DNA of 32,000 nucleotides from Prochlorococcus sp. MIT 0801 (GTDB lineage: Bacteria; Cyanobacteriota; Cyanobacteriia; PCC-6307; Cyanobiaceae): the NCBI RefSeq assembly GCF_000757865.1, contig NZ_CP007754.1, positions 990,001 through 1,022,000 on the forward strand, written 5' to 3'. Positions 1-9,100 of the stretch are shown one piece after another (position 1 is the first letter of the stretch; every line of letters begins with the position of its first letter). The notes under the pieces are model-generated. The model did not search any database and was not told the DNA's origin. It saw nothing but the letters and a program-made list of their open reading frames with translations. The position numbers and the translations under genes were made by a program.

Positions 1-187
1 CCGTTTGAGGAATCCTAAACTTTTTATACCGATAATGTAACTCTCTTTCTAATTTAACATAATCAACGGTATACAATTTAGCTACAACATTATCTGGCTT
101 GAGTTGTCTCATCCTATTCTCAAAGTTTTTTGTAATTCCAATCTTATATAAGTCTCTATTTCTTATTAAGTAAAGCCAACCACTCAT
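1..187 (-). CDS. T5orf172 / GIY-YIG-like domain protein, N-terminal part only (gene runs off the left edge)
   Basis: Hand translation from ATG at 187..185: MSGWLYLIRNRDLYKIGITKNFENRMRQLKPDNVVAKLYTVDYVKLERELHYRYKKFRIPQT. It fits the remembered T5orf172/GIY-YIG pattern (aromatic-x-Y/L, YKIG-x-T, R..L, E..H). Absent from the ORF track because no stop lies in the window. Confidence 0.6.
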   Translation of the reverse strand, partial: MSGWLYLIRNRDLYKIGITKNFENRMRQLKPDNVVAKLYTVDYVKLERELHYRYKKFRIPQT

Positions 188-227
188 ATTAATTTAAACT
201 CTTTCGTATTCAAGATTAATGAGTAAG

Positions 228-1520
228 TTATGCCGCCTCATTTTTTCTAATTGAGTTAAATTTTTCTCTCATAGTAGGATTATTTCTGGTCAATCGTTTA
301 ACCGAAACATCTTGAGCTTTATCATTAGCTAACCTAAGATTTCTATCAGCACCAAGTAAAGCATCTTTGGTTTTTTGCAAGTGATTAATAGATTTATCAA
401 TCTCCATAATTGCTGTTTCAAAGCGTTTTGACGCTAGCGTATAATTTTTACCAAACGAATCCTTAAATAATTCAAGGCTATTTTCAAAATTTGTGATATC
501 AATATTCTGCTCCTTAATAGCAGCTAGTTCTGATTTATACGCAAGCGCCTTATGTGAAGCGTTCCTCAATAAAGAAATTATTGGTAAAAAACATTGGGGA
601 CGAACAACATACATTTTTGGATAACGATATGAAAAGTCAACAATTCCAGAATTAAACAAATCATTGTCAGATTCTAATAAAGAAACTAAAACAGCATATT
701 CGCAATTTTTTTCAATGCGATCTTTATTTAACTCTTTAAGAAAGTCCTCATTTTTCTTCTTACTAGAAGTGCTATCACATTCATTTTTCATTTCAAACAT
801 AATAGATACGATTTCGTTCCCTTCACTATCACAGTCACGGAAGATATAATCACCTTTACTACCAAAACTAGAATCATTATCTTTGTCAAAATATGCATTA
901 GGAAAGGCTGTAGCCCGTAGTCGATTAAATTCATTCTCACAATGTTGCTCAAGTGACTCGCCAACCATTTTTGTAGATAATTTTATTTTCATATCACGAA
1001 GTCTCTCAATTAAATCATCTCGTTCTTTTAACTGAATCTCATATCTCATTTTTATAGAATTTTCAGACAATTCATTTTGAAGCTCAACTTTATCTAAATT
1101 ATTTTTGATTTTTTCATACCCTTCTCTTAATTCAGAAATTGCTTCAGAAACTGCAAGTTTTTTTTCATATTCATTCTTTTCTCTAGTTTTCTCCAATAAA
1201 AACTCAAGTGAATCTCTCTCTTTTTCGAAGGTATGTTTGATTTTATTCACAGTCATAGTCTTATCAGTCTGAGCAGCCATCAACTGAGTATGAAGGTCTT
1301 GCATTTTTTTTTCATTTACTAATGCTGCCTCTTGCATTTGTAATCGAATATTTTGAATAGCAAGCTCAACGGATTTCTGTTTATCCTTTTCAAGAAGTTC
1401 AAGCCTTTTGTTCATTTCATCCTCAAACTCCTCATCTCTTACCTGCTTAATAATGTTTGAGTAATTATCTTCATCAATATTTATAGTGCTACCACATTCA
1501 GGACATTTGATTTCATTCAT
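228..1520 (-). CDS. DUF2130-like protein: N-terminal zinc ribbon, long coiled coil, C-terminal PD-(D/E)xK-like nuclease motif (RmuC-like architecture)
   Basis: ORF track 228..1544 starts at TTG; the first ATG, at 1520, gives [17 protein letters not shown]. About 200 aa of charged heptad-like sequence follow, then GDYIFRD-x13-FEMKNE (D-x18-E-x-K). Confidence 0.75.
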   Translation of the reverse strand: MNEIKCPECGSTINIDEDNYSNIIKQVRDEEFEDEMNKRLELLEKDKQKSVELAIQNIRLQMQEAALVNEKKMQDLHTQLMAAQTDKTMTVNKIKHTFEKERDSLEFLLEKTREKNEYEKKLAVSEAISELREGYEKIKNNLDKVELQNELSENSIKMRYEIQLKERDDLIERLRDMKIKLSTKMVGESLEQHCENEFNRLRATAFPNAYFDKDNDSSFGSKGDYIFRDCDSEGNEIVSIMFEMKNECDSTSSKKKNEDFLKELNKDRIEKNCEYAVLVSLLESDNDLFNSGIVDFSYRYPKMYVVRPQCFLPIISLLRNASHKALAYKSELAAIKEQNIDITNFENSLELFKDSFGKNYTLASKRFETAIMEIDKSINHLQKTKDALLGADRNLRLANDKAQDVSVKRLTRNNPTMREKFNSIRKNEAA

Positions 1521-1664
1521 ATCTGAATTAGAGAGACAAACCAACTATCTACCCTTTTTATCTGTTTTCACACCCACAAGCAAGAATTATGTTAAACCCA
1601 AAAACCAACTATAAAAAGGAAGAGGTTAGGACTTGAAATTTAGAGAAAACAAAATCTTCTTTTA

Positions 1665-1895
1665 TTATTCTTTAGATCTTGGATAAATTCCAGACAAATC
1701 ACCTTTATTTGCCTTAATGGCAGAAGATTTCCATTCATACCATTTTTTATTTCTTGAATAGTCTTCATCTTCCCAAATCTGATTTTGAAATATCAAGATC
1801 CCACAAAGTATGAAAAAGATGAGGGCACCCAAAATGATATGCCAATCGATCATTATTGATGCATTTGAATAACGAACGTAGGCAATGATTTTCAT
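1665..1895 (-). CDS. hypothetical small membrane protein
   Basis: ORF track; ATG at 1895; one hydrophobic helix (HIILGALIFFILCGILIF). Confidence 0.4.
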   Translation of the reverse strand: MKIIAYVRYSNASIMIDWHIILGALIFFILCGILIFQNQIWEDEDYSRNKKWYEWKSSAIKANKGDLSGIYPRSKE

Positions 1896-2131
1896 CAAAA
1901 AGTCACTTATGAACTAATCCACATCAAAAGATGTACTCGTCTGATACTAAAGAACTTTCAGTTGAAGTGCGTTTTTTACCAACATTTGATTAAATGTTAT
2001 ATTTAAATGCCTAATTATATAGGCTTCAAAAACTTGTAAAAACTCATTTTATTTAAGCAATAATTTTTACTACACAATTAATATTAATAAAGAATATATA
2101 ATAATATTAAAATTAATTGAATAATAAAAAA

Positions 2132-2302
2132 ATGTCTTTACTCAACTTTGCTCTTGCACACTCAGAACTTGGCGTAAGCCACTTCACAACAGATTTAATT
2201 CTTGTTCTATCATTCGCAATAGTAACAGCCCTACCTATGTCTTTATTACGACCTCAGATACAAGAAGAGAAGGTAAAGAGCAAACTTTTTTCAAAAGCTT
2301 AA
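2132..2302 (+). CDS. hypothetical small protein
   Basis: ORF track 2117..2302 starts at TTG; first ATG at 2132; one hydrophobic segment. Confidence 0.3.
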   Translation: MSLLNFALAHSELGVSHFTTDLILVLSFAIVTALPMSLLRPQIQEEKVKSKLFSKA

Positions 2303-2584
2303 ACTAAAATCAACATGGTTAATAAATGTGAATTTAATATCAGCAAAAAGTAAAAGTTAATATAAATAAATCGATTTATAACCTAATCGTTTATTGTTAT
2401 ACATTTTCTTTTGCCTATCATCAATTAATATCAATAATTATTAAATTGAAATGGAGACGAAAAGCAAAACATTCTATAAAATAATATATTTAGTTTCTAA
2501 TTTTTGAAACCTGATCTCTATTTTTGCTTAAATAACACGTTTTTAGACAAAGTATATGTACAATATAAATACCAATAGAGAGTC

Positions 2585-2986
2585 ATGTCAGAGAAAAGTT
2601 TATTTATATATGATGGTGAATGTCCATTTTGCAATCACTTTGCACAATTACTTGAATTAAAAAGCACTCTACCTGATTTTGAAATCATTGATGGTAGAAA
2701 AGATCTTGCACTATTATCTCAACTTTATAAGCAAGGCTATGATTTGAATAATGGTGCAATTCTCATAAGGAATGAAAAAATCATGCATGGTGCAAATGCT
2801 ATTAACTGGATATGCTCTGAGATCAAGAAACCAAGCGACTCACTGCTAGAAGTACTAAGGATTATTTTCAGCTCTAAAAAGAGGACTAATTTTTTATTCC
2901 CAGTACTTTTATGGGGTAGAAGATTATCACTGCTAATAAAAGGAAAAATATGGCAACCTGTTAGTTCAAATAGACAATTTTTTTAA
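2585..2986 (+). CDS. DCC-family thiol-disulfide oxidoreductase (DUF393-like)
   Basis: N-terminal IYDGECPFCN CxxC motif and ~130 aa size are typical of the DCC family. Confidence 0.7.
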   Translation: MSEKSLFIYDGECPFCNHFAQLLELKSTLPDFEIIDGRKDLALLSQLYKQGYDLNNGAILIRNEKIMHGANAINWICSEIKKPSDSLLEVLRIIFSSKKRTNFLFPVLLWGRRLSLLIKGKIWQPVSSNRQFF

Positions 2987-3512
2987 ATTCGTCTCACAAA
3001 CAGAATTCATAGTTTTAAACTCGGATAATTTTTAAAACATAAATTTTTTGATATTAATTCAAAGTCCAAAGTGGGTTAATTTTTATAATCCATCACCACT
3101 AAGATCTTCTAGAAATAAAGATAGTATTGAATTATTTGGAATCTAACAGCTGCTTATAGGATTGCTAAAATTCATTCATGCATTTGCTACAACAAATTTA
3201 AAAGTTTTGATGATTTTTTTAAACAAACTCAAAATTTTAATCTATTTGTAACATCATTTGATGAGAGAATAGATCAAATACCTAGGACGAGTTTAAATAT
3301 GTAAAATAAGATTTTCGATATCTAAACTAAATATGCTTATAGAAATCCTGGGAAATAGCACTTCATTACTAGTTGCTCTTTTGATTTGTTTATCAATATA
3401 TTTCGGAATCCAAGCTAAAACAAATAAAATAAAATAATTTCTAGTTATTTGGATATTTAAAGAAAGATCCTCAACAAGTATGGTATCTAAAAAAAAATAA
3501 TTAAAGGTTAAC

Positions 3513-3728
3513 TTATTCAAATAGATGCTTTTTAACTTCCTCAAGACTGTTGCCCCTCTCACGCTCAATACATGAAATAGGTATCCAACTCCAATCGATA
3601 AACAGAGTAAGCAGTACGGCAACAAAAATAGATAGTGGCAAAACAAGCTCAATAAAAAAATGTCTAACCATATAAACCATTAAGTCCGAAGTACTAGTAA
3701 CAATTTCTTCATAAAGCGGATCAAACAA
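3513..3728 (-). CDS. hypothetical membrane protein (TTG start; possibly a decayed gene)
   Basis: ORF track; hydrophobic core. It overlaps a second out-of-frame ORF (3293..3652), which could reflect a frameshifted remnant. Confidence 0.3.
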   Translation of the reverse strand: MFDPLYEEIVTSTSDLMVYMVRHFFIELVLPLSIFVAVLLTLFIDWSWIPISCIERERGNSLEEVKKHLFE

Positions 3729-4201
3729 GAATCAAAAATACGAATAGGTCTTAAGAATAACGAATTTAGATATCAAAATGTGAATATAAATAATATTAGA
3801 GAAGATAAAAATGCGTAGATACCTGATCAAATAAAAGGATCATAGGACATAAAAGAGAACAATGCACAAGGGTTTATCTTTTATGAAAAAGATCGTTAGA
3901 ACTAACTACCTTAGAAATTATAAAGAAAAAATCGTCAAAAGAGTAAAAATCATTTTTAAAAACTTAATGAGTAAGAAGCATGAAAATATAGAAAAAACGA
4001 CAAGTAACAAAACCCGTGTGTAATTATTTGTGAGTAAGAAAAATTAAATTGGATAAAAATTCAAAAAAATATGCGAGTAAAAACAAAGAATCCCCTATAA
4101 AAAAAAAGGAAAACACAGTGAAAAAGAGAAAGAAGATCTAGCGACGTAAATAAAATATAGATGAGTAATACATCAACTTTAACTAGGAATATTTCTCAAA
4201 T

Positions 4202-4233
4202 AAAAAAGCCGAGAGGCAGATATGCTTCTCGGC
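4202..4233 (-). terminator. rho-independent terminator downstream of the AbrB-like gene
   Basis: On the minus strand: GCCGAGA-AGCATATCTGCC-TCTCGGC followed by TTTTTTA, 35 nt after the stop at 4268. Confidence 0.6.
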
Positions 4234-4267
4234 CATATTTAATTTTTTTGATTCAGATTTAAAGGAA

Positions 4268-4624
4268 TTAACCTTCTCCTTCTGGAACTAAACGGAATCC
4301 CTTACGTCCCATCTTAATCTCAAAATTATCACCAGGCTTGAGATCTAAAAGAGCTGTATAGGCCTTTCCTATCAATAGGTTTCCATTTCCTTGAACGGTA
4401 GCCACATAACTTAGCTTTCTTCCACCTTTACCAATACCACCAGCACTTTCAGCTGCTAGGTTTACACCTTTAGCCTCTAGAAGTGCTTCGTAAAAAGCGG
4501 TGTAGTTAAGACGTTCTCCGCCTCCTTTCTTTGTGGAAACATATCCACAAGCTTTAACAAGATCAGATTTTGAGACATCTCCCAAGTCTTTGACCTTGGC
4601 TAATAAATCCTTACCAGTGAGCAT
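4268..4624 (-). CDS. cyanobacterial AbrB-like (SpoVT/AbrB domain) DNA-binding protein
   Basis: C-terminal LLIGKAYTALLDLKPGDNFEIKMGRKGFRLVP resembles the swapped-hairpin AbrB domain. The N-terminal half resembles the cyAbrB family. Confidence 0.8.
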   Translation of the reverse strand: MLTGKDLLAKVKDLGDVSKSDLVKACGYVSTKKGGGERLNYTAFYEALLEAKGVNLAAESAGGIGKGGRKLSYVATVQGNGNLLIGKAYTALLDLKPGDNFEIKMGRKGFRLVPEGEG

Positions 4625-5265
4625 GATAAATAAATGGTTGTACTTATAATACTAACTTATAATTAACAAACTTACAATATTTACATTAGTCTTAGACATT
4701 AAAGCTAAAAGTTACGGGAACAGAAGCATCTAGATTTAACTCAGGAAATCAAGGTTATATGGAAAATTATTCATGGTTAAGGTCATTGATTTATAGGAAA
4801 GATCCTTTTTGGCATGAAGTAAAATAAATGATTCGACTGATCATTTATCTATTAGAAAACGCTCAATAGCCAGCAATAGCAGGATAAATTTATATAATAA
4901 AGAAAAATCTACACATGCTTATAGACAGCTATGAGCAAATTGGTATGTTCATAAAGTCAGATCCTTCCATATATAAAGCATTACTTTTGAATATTTGTAA
5001 AATAATGAATCAGAAAGAAATTACTTATTACAACAAAAAATGAATCTCACTAAAAATCATCTCATTTGTATTGTTTCTATATACATCCTTTAGTATTTGG
5101 TGGATTATTTGGATCTCTACAAAATTCCTAGTTTCATCATGTAATAATTACTTTGAAATTTTGCTTTAGATAAATTTTTCTTGTTAAAAAAATCAAACTA
5201 GAACTAACAACGTAATTTCAGAGGAAAGGAGGCAAATCAAATCTTCAAGAGATATTGAACATACA

Positions 5266-5511
5266 TTATTGGATATTTGACTTAAAGTTAGGTTCAAAGA
5301 CAGCACCATTACATATCATCACTGATAAAACTTCCTTACTCTCATCATTCATTTTCTCAACAGTTTTGACTTGACTCAATGTCTCCGATGTTTTGCTTAA
5401 GCATCTATTCCACCTTGAGGCTTGCTTGGAGATAGGAACTAATTGAATTGATAGTGTAGTAAAACCAACAGCCAGAAATAGCAAATAAATTTTAGAGATA
5501 AAATTATCCAT
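5266..5511 (-). CDS. hypothetical secreted/membrane-anchored protein
   Basis: ORF track; ATG start; N-terminal hydrophobic signal-like segment IYLLFLAVGFTTLSI. Confidence 0.45.
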   Translation of the reverse strand: MDNFISKIYLLFLAVGFTTLSIQLVPISKQASRWNRCLSKTSETLSQVKTVEKMNDESKEVLSVMICNGAVFEPNFKSNIQ

Positions 5512-5685
5512 CTTTGCACTAAAAAAACTAATATATAAGTTCTATTCAAACAGAGAGGGTATAAGTCTTCTTACTATTTCTAATAAAAAGAATTTTTCAG
5601 CCCAAGAGATAAAACTCAGAAAAAAATAAAATTACCTATTTAGAATAGGAAATCTAGCTTGCTAAGAACTTATAAATACGGGCGC

Positions 5686-5862
5686 TCAATATGAATCAGC
5701 CCACTTACCTATAGCAAAATCAAGAAATCGATCAACATCATCATTAGGGCAGCCAGTCTTACTTTTTAATTCCTTACATGCGTCAGTAATTTTTTCAAAA
5801 CAAAGTTTCACATCCACATTTGCCTCGATTGCCTCAAACATTTGCTTATCAGTAAAGGTCAT
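5686..5862 (-). CDS. hypothetical 58-aa protein
   Basis: Hand-called ORF: MTFTDKQMFEAIEANVDVKLCFEKITDACKELKSKTGCPNDDVDRFLDFAIGKWADSY. Below the ORF-track length cutoff. Confidence 0.3.
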   Translation of the reverse strand: MTFTDKQMFEAIEANVDVKLCFEKITDACKELKSKTGCPNDDVDRFLDFAIGKWADSY

Positions 5863-5999
5863 ATTAAGAAGGGGGCAATTTAATAAAGAATATTTTCAAT
5901 GAGCTTTTTTGGCAATCTAGATAAATATAACTGAATCCAAGCTAGTAACAAAAAACAAGTACATGTTTAGATCGAAACTCAGAATAAGCAATCAAACAT

Positions 6000-6632
6000 T
6001 TATCTAGTTAAAGCCAAAGCCCAATTAGGAGAGGAAGAACTTACACCCAAAATATTCTTAGTCAAGGAGGAATTACATTTAGCGACAATCCCATTGGTAG
6101 GAAGATTAGAAAACAATTCATTATTGATCCATTGAGAATGCCATCTTTTAACCTGCATAGGATCATCAGTTCTTAGAGTTATAGGGACATCGAATCCCCA
6201 TTTTTGAAGTTGGGTCAAATCTGACAATTCATCACTATTTGAGCAAAAGATATGGAATGCTTTAAATAAAAGAGAGGTATTCTTATCAATTTGCGAGAAT
6301 GAGTTCGAAAGTAATTTCTCTAATGAAATCTTGGAATTAGCCGAAGGTGAGTATAAAACGCCCTCCAGCTCAACTTCAACTTTTAGAGAGTCATCAATAC
6401 TCAAAGGGATAGCATTGACATTCCTAATGTTTTCAATCATCACACGATCAACACGGGAATAGGCATCTACTAATTGGCCATATTTATATCGAAGGCCTAC
6501 TGCGAAGCCTACGATTTTGGGCTGCACAACCATGGTTGATCCCTCTGGTAACTTTGCCCACCAGCTAGAGAAACAATCCTTATCAAGTCCAAGTAATCTC
6601 ATATATATATCAATAGGAAGATGTAGAGCCAA
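6000..6632 (-). CDS. standalone NAD-dependent DNA ligase (LigA) adenylation-domain-like protein, degenerate motifs
   Basis: VVQPKIVGFAVGLRYKYGQLV aligns to LigA motif I (KxDG, here K-I-V-G). ELEGVLY aligns to EVRGEVF and NGIVAK to DGVVIK. KWGFDVP and PNWALAL also match LigA. No OB, Zn, HhH or BRCT regions. TTG at 6632; alternative ATG at 6602. Confidence 0.7.
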   Translation of the reverse strand: MALHLPIDIYMRLLGLDKDCFSSWWAKLPEGSTMVVQPKIVGFAVGLRYKYGQLVDAYSRVDRVMIENIRNVNAIPLSIDDSLKVEVELEGVLYSPSANSKISLEKLLSNSFSQIDKNTSLLFKAFHIFCSNSDELSDLTQLQKWGFDVPITLRTDDPMQVKRWHSQWINNELFSNLPTNGIVAKCNSSLTKNILGVSSSSPNWALALTR

Positions 6633-7002
6633 GTCGCTTCATTAACTTTTTTTCTTAAGAAATCAATGAAACAAAAAGATGTGATCACATATAAATATGA
6701 AAAATGCAATAAGGAAAATGAAAAGATAATCAATTTAAATTTTCAATGATGTGAAGAATTTCCTAAGAAGATTTAAAACTGACGTCTCAATAAATTAAAT
6801 AGACGAATTAAAATGATTCCTTTGAGTTGAACAAGAGAATAAATTTGTATGGGTAGATTTTTTTTCAAATTTTGCAGATTTTACAATGATTTTAGAACTT
6901 TAATAAATCATCCTCAAATAGATATTATTTAAGCAAAAACAGTATTTATTCTCATGTCTACAAGTTTTTTTTACCATAAATTAAAAAAACATATCTTTAT
7001 AA

Positions 7003-7257
7003 ATGACAATACAAGAGAAATATCCGGAAAATATTCCATGGGATTTAAAAACTATCGATCAAAGTAAATACAAATCTATTCATTGGATGCTATCCAAGGC
7101 AGACATCGTTTATACATTCACAAGAAGTCGTATAGACAATAATTATGTATACATACAAAAAAATGATGGTAAAAGAAAGGCATATAAAGAATATGAAGCT
7201 AGATTTACTTACCAAAGATTGTTTGATGAGGGATATTCGCTGGCTGCCTTTTCCTGA
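7003..7257 (+). CDS. conserved hypothetical, tandem paralog 1
   Basis: ORF track; shares EKYPE-x-PWDL and AR-x-TYQ-x-L-x-D-x-G with the next gene. Confidence 0.6.
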   Translation: MTIQEKYPENIPWDLKTIDQSKYKSIHWMLSKADIVYTFTRSRIDNNYVYIQKNDGKRKAYKEYEARFTYQRLFDEGYSLAAFS

Positions 7258-7324
7258 TTAAAAAATTAATTCTTGACGTTGAAGAGCATAAGTGTAGGCT
7301 AAAAGATATAGACACTTTTAATAC

Positions 7325-7576
7325 ATGCCAAGGGTAAAAAGAGAAAAGTATCCAGAAAAGGCCCCATGGGATTTAGGACCATTATCTGAGCATAAAAATC
7401 AAGAAAACTGGAGACTAGTAAGAGGATCTGAAATTGTCATTTTTGCTAGAAAAGGTGAAGACAACCACTTTTTCATCATGCAAAGAGACGATAAAGAGCC
7501 TATAGAGATTCTCGCATTTCAAGCAAGACTCACATATCAACAACTTTTAGATAAAGGTTTCAAACTTGAAGTTTGA
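7325..7576 (+). CDS. conserved hypothetical, tandem paralog 2
   Basis: ORF track; paralogous to 7003..7257. Confidence 0.6.
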   Translation: MPRVKREKYPEKAPWDLGPLSEHKNQENWRLVRGSEIVIFARKGEDNHFFIMQRDDKEPIEILAFQARLTYQQLLDKGFKLEV

Positions 7577-7621
7577 TAAGTTTATCGTTAGAAAAATATT
7601 AAAAAAAATTTTTTAAATATC

Positions 7622-7816
7622 ATGACTGAATTAGAAGAACTAGAAGACATTGTGGGAAATTTAGACAGCATTGAGCCATTCGGTATAGAGCCAGATTTCA
7701 GTTCTCTAGGTCTAGAGCCAGCAGATGTATTAGGTTTTCAAACAGAAGAAGAATTGGAAAATGCAATTAAATTACTAACAATGGAAGTTAAACTTTATAG
7801 CCCTTTAATGATTTAA
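7622..7816 (+). CDS. hypothetical acidic protein
   Basis: ORF track; ATG start; same strand, 45 nt after the preceding gene. Confidence 0.45.
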   Translation: MTELEELEDIVGNLDSIEPFGIEPDFSSLGLEPADVLGFQTEEELENAIKLLTMEVKLYSPLMI

Positions 7817-8269
7817 ATTTAATAGATATTTAAACATTGATAAATCGAATATGCTCATCTCGATAGCTTAAATTGACAAATATTAAGGCTATGATACGTC
7901 AATAAGCTCAGACTAAGGTTCAACTATTATGTCAGGCCAAATAGACAATAAGAGAACAATCGTTATAGGGCACAATAATTGACCTAAAAAAGGGGAAAGA
8001 CATTTTAAGTAAACTGTCTTATTCAACATATAAAAAGATCCGAAAAGATAATAGACTTTAAAAGAGATAGATTCAAAACAAAAAGCTACAAAGGATAGGT
8101 AGATGAAATAGTTAAAAAAATAAAAGTAAATTATTAATTAAATAAAACAACCATAATAGATTTTTTAATCATACGGAATAAACAATAAATTATCAAAGAG
8201 ATTAAAAATCTTTTAGAGATGAAAGGGTTATCGCCAGGGTTATATGAATAACAAAAAATATGGGACAGT

Positions 8270-8392
8270 TCAGAACTTCTTTGGCTGGAGTTTATCAAAA
8301 CATTGCTTGCACATAATCAAGCCTTTTCTTCGCCACAATGTTTCAGCTGATATTTTTTTGCATAATTGACAATGAACCAATTGTCTCTCCAT
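8270..8392 (-). CDS. hypothetical 40-aa zinc-ribbon peptide
   Basis: Hand-called: MERQLVHCQLCKKISAETLWRRKGLIMCKQCFDKLQPKKF, with two CxxC pairs. Confidence 0.35.
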   Translation of the reverse strand: MERQLVHCQLCKKISAETLWRRKGLIMCKQCFDKLQPKKF

Positions 8393-8411
8393 TGTCAGAT
8401 GTTATCAAAAC

Positions 8412-8522
8412 TTATGCCCAATCAGTATCTTCTAAGAGACATGAATAATCTGAGCAATCGAAGAAAGTGTCCTCATTAAGTAGATCGTCTACTTCTGCAC
8501 GGACCCAATAACTTAAAGACAT
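8412..8522 (-). CDS. hypothetical 36-aa acidic peptide at the tail of the hli operon
   Basis: Hand-called: MSLSYWVRAEVDDLLNEDTFFDCSDYSCLLEDTDWA. Its ATG lies 18 nt after the hli stop. Confidence 0.25.
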   Translation of the reverse strand: MSLSYWVRAEVDDLLNEDTFFDCSDYSCLLEDTDWA

Positions 8523-8540
8523 GTTAATAATAAAGTAAGT

Positions 8541-8666
8541 TTAAACGAAACCTGGAATAATCCAGCCTGTGAATCCGTAATTAACTACAGCTGCAAGAAG
8601 GCCCATCATCGCAAGACGACCATTCATTATTTCAGCTGTTTTCCAGTAGTTAGTTTCTTTGTTCAT
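8541..8666 (-). CDS. hli: high-light-inducible protein (HLIP), 41 aa
   Basis: MNKETNYWKTAEIMNGRLAMMGLLAAVVNYGFTGWIIPGFV carries the E-x2-NGR-x-AM-x-G chlorophyll-binding motif. The ORF-track N-terminal extension is read-through of the upstream gene. Confidence 0.9.
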   Translation of the reverse strand: MNKETNYWKTAEIMNGRLAMMGLLAAVVNYGFTGWIIPGFV

Positions 8667-8815
8667 TACACGAAACCTGGAATGATTTGTCCTGTTGTTG
8701 CGTAAGCACCAACTAAAGCAATGCATCCAAACAATGCTGCATAGCCATTAAGTCTTTCTGCAGTTACCTTTTCAGGATCAATGTTTCTACCGCTGCTGTT
8801 GTTTTGAGTAGTCAT
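8666..8815 (-). CDS. hli: high-light-inducible protein, 49 aa
   Basis: MTTQNNSSGRNIDPEKVTAERLNGYAALFGCIALVGAYATTGQIIPGFV. Its stop overlaps the next start as TAATG. Confidence 0.88.
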   Translation of the reverse strand: MTTQNNSSGRNIDPEKVTAERLNGYAALFGCIALVGAYATTGQIIPGFV

Positions 8816-8961
8816 TAGACAACACCTGGAATGATTTGACCTGTTGTTAGATATGCACCGATGAGTGCCCAGCATCCAACAAATGCTGCGTAGCCATTGA
8901 GTCTTTCAGCAATTACTTTGCCTTCTTCTACTCTTGGAGTTTCAGTAGTTTGGTTTTTCAT
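8815..8961 (-). CDS. hli: high-light-inducible protein, 48 aa
   Basis: Hand-called: MKNQTTETPRVEEGKVIAERLNGYAAFVGCWALIGAYLTTGQIIPGVV. TAATG overlaps at both ends. Confidence 0.85.
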   Translation of the reverse strand: MKNQTTETPRVEEGKVIAERLNGYAAFVGCWALIGAYLTTGQIIPGVV

Positions 8962-9080
8962 TAAACAACACCTGGGATAAGTTGACCGGTTGTTAGGTAG
9001 ATACCTGTTAGAAGAACGAATGCCATCATGGCTGGTCTGCCGATGCTTCTTTCTAGGATTGTTTTGTTAGATGGTTGCAT
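8961..9080 (-). CDS. hli: HLIP-like protein, 39 aa, degenerate motif
   Basis: Hand-called: MQPSNKTILERSIGRPAMMAFVLLTGIYLTTGQLIPGVV (E-x3-GR-x-AM). Confidence 0.7.
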   Translation of the reverse strand: MQPSNKTILERSIGRPAMMAFVLLTGIYLTTGQLIPGVV

Positions 9081-9100
9081 TGTTATTAGTAGTTATTGGT

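Noticed and set aside
664-849. Short ORFs antisense to, or out of frame within, confident genes: 664..849, 9071..9292, 20403..20603, 21877..22068, 22381..22596, 27710..27907, 26151..26363, 26519..26704, 15496..15714, 17015..17209, 18799..19005, 29239..29487, 31265..31492
   Set aside because: Each lies inside or opposite a gene with clear family motifs, or opposite a cleaner TM-plus-tail architecture. Their translations are Ser/Leu/Phe-rich, as expected from antisense reading of AT-rich coding DNA.
3293-3652. 119-aa minus-strand ORF overlapping 3513..3728 out of frame
   Set aside because: The translation is low-complexity and Leu/Ile/Phe-rich with no motif. It overlaps another ORF by 140 nt. 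It is possibly the downstream half of a frameshifted pseudogene, but I cannot support that.
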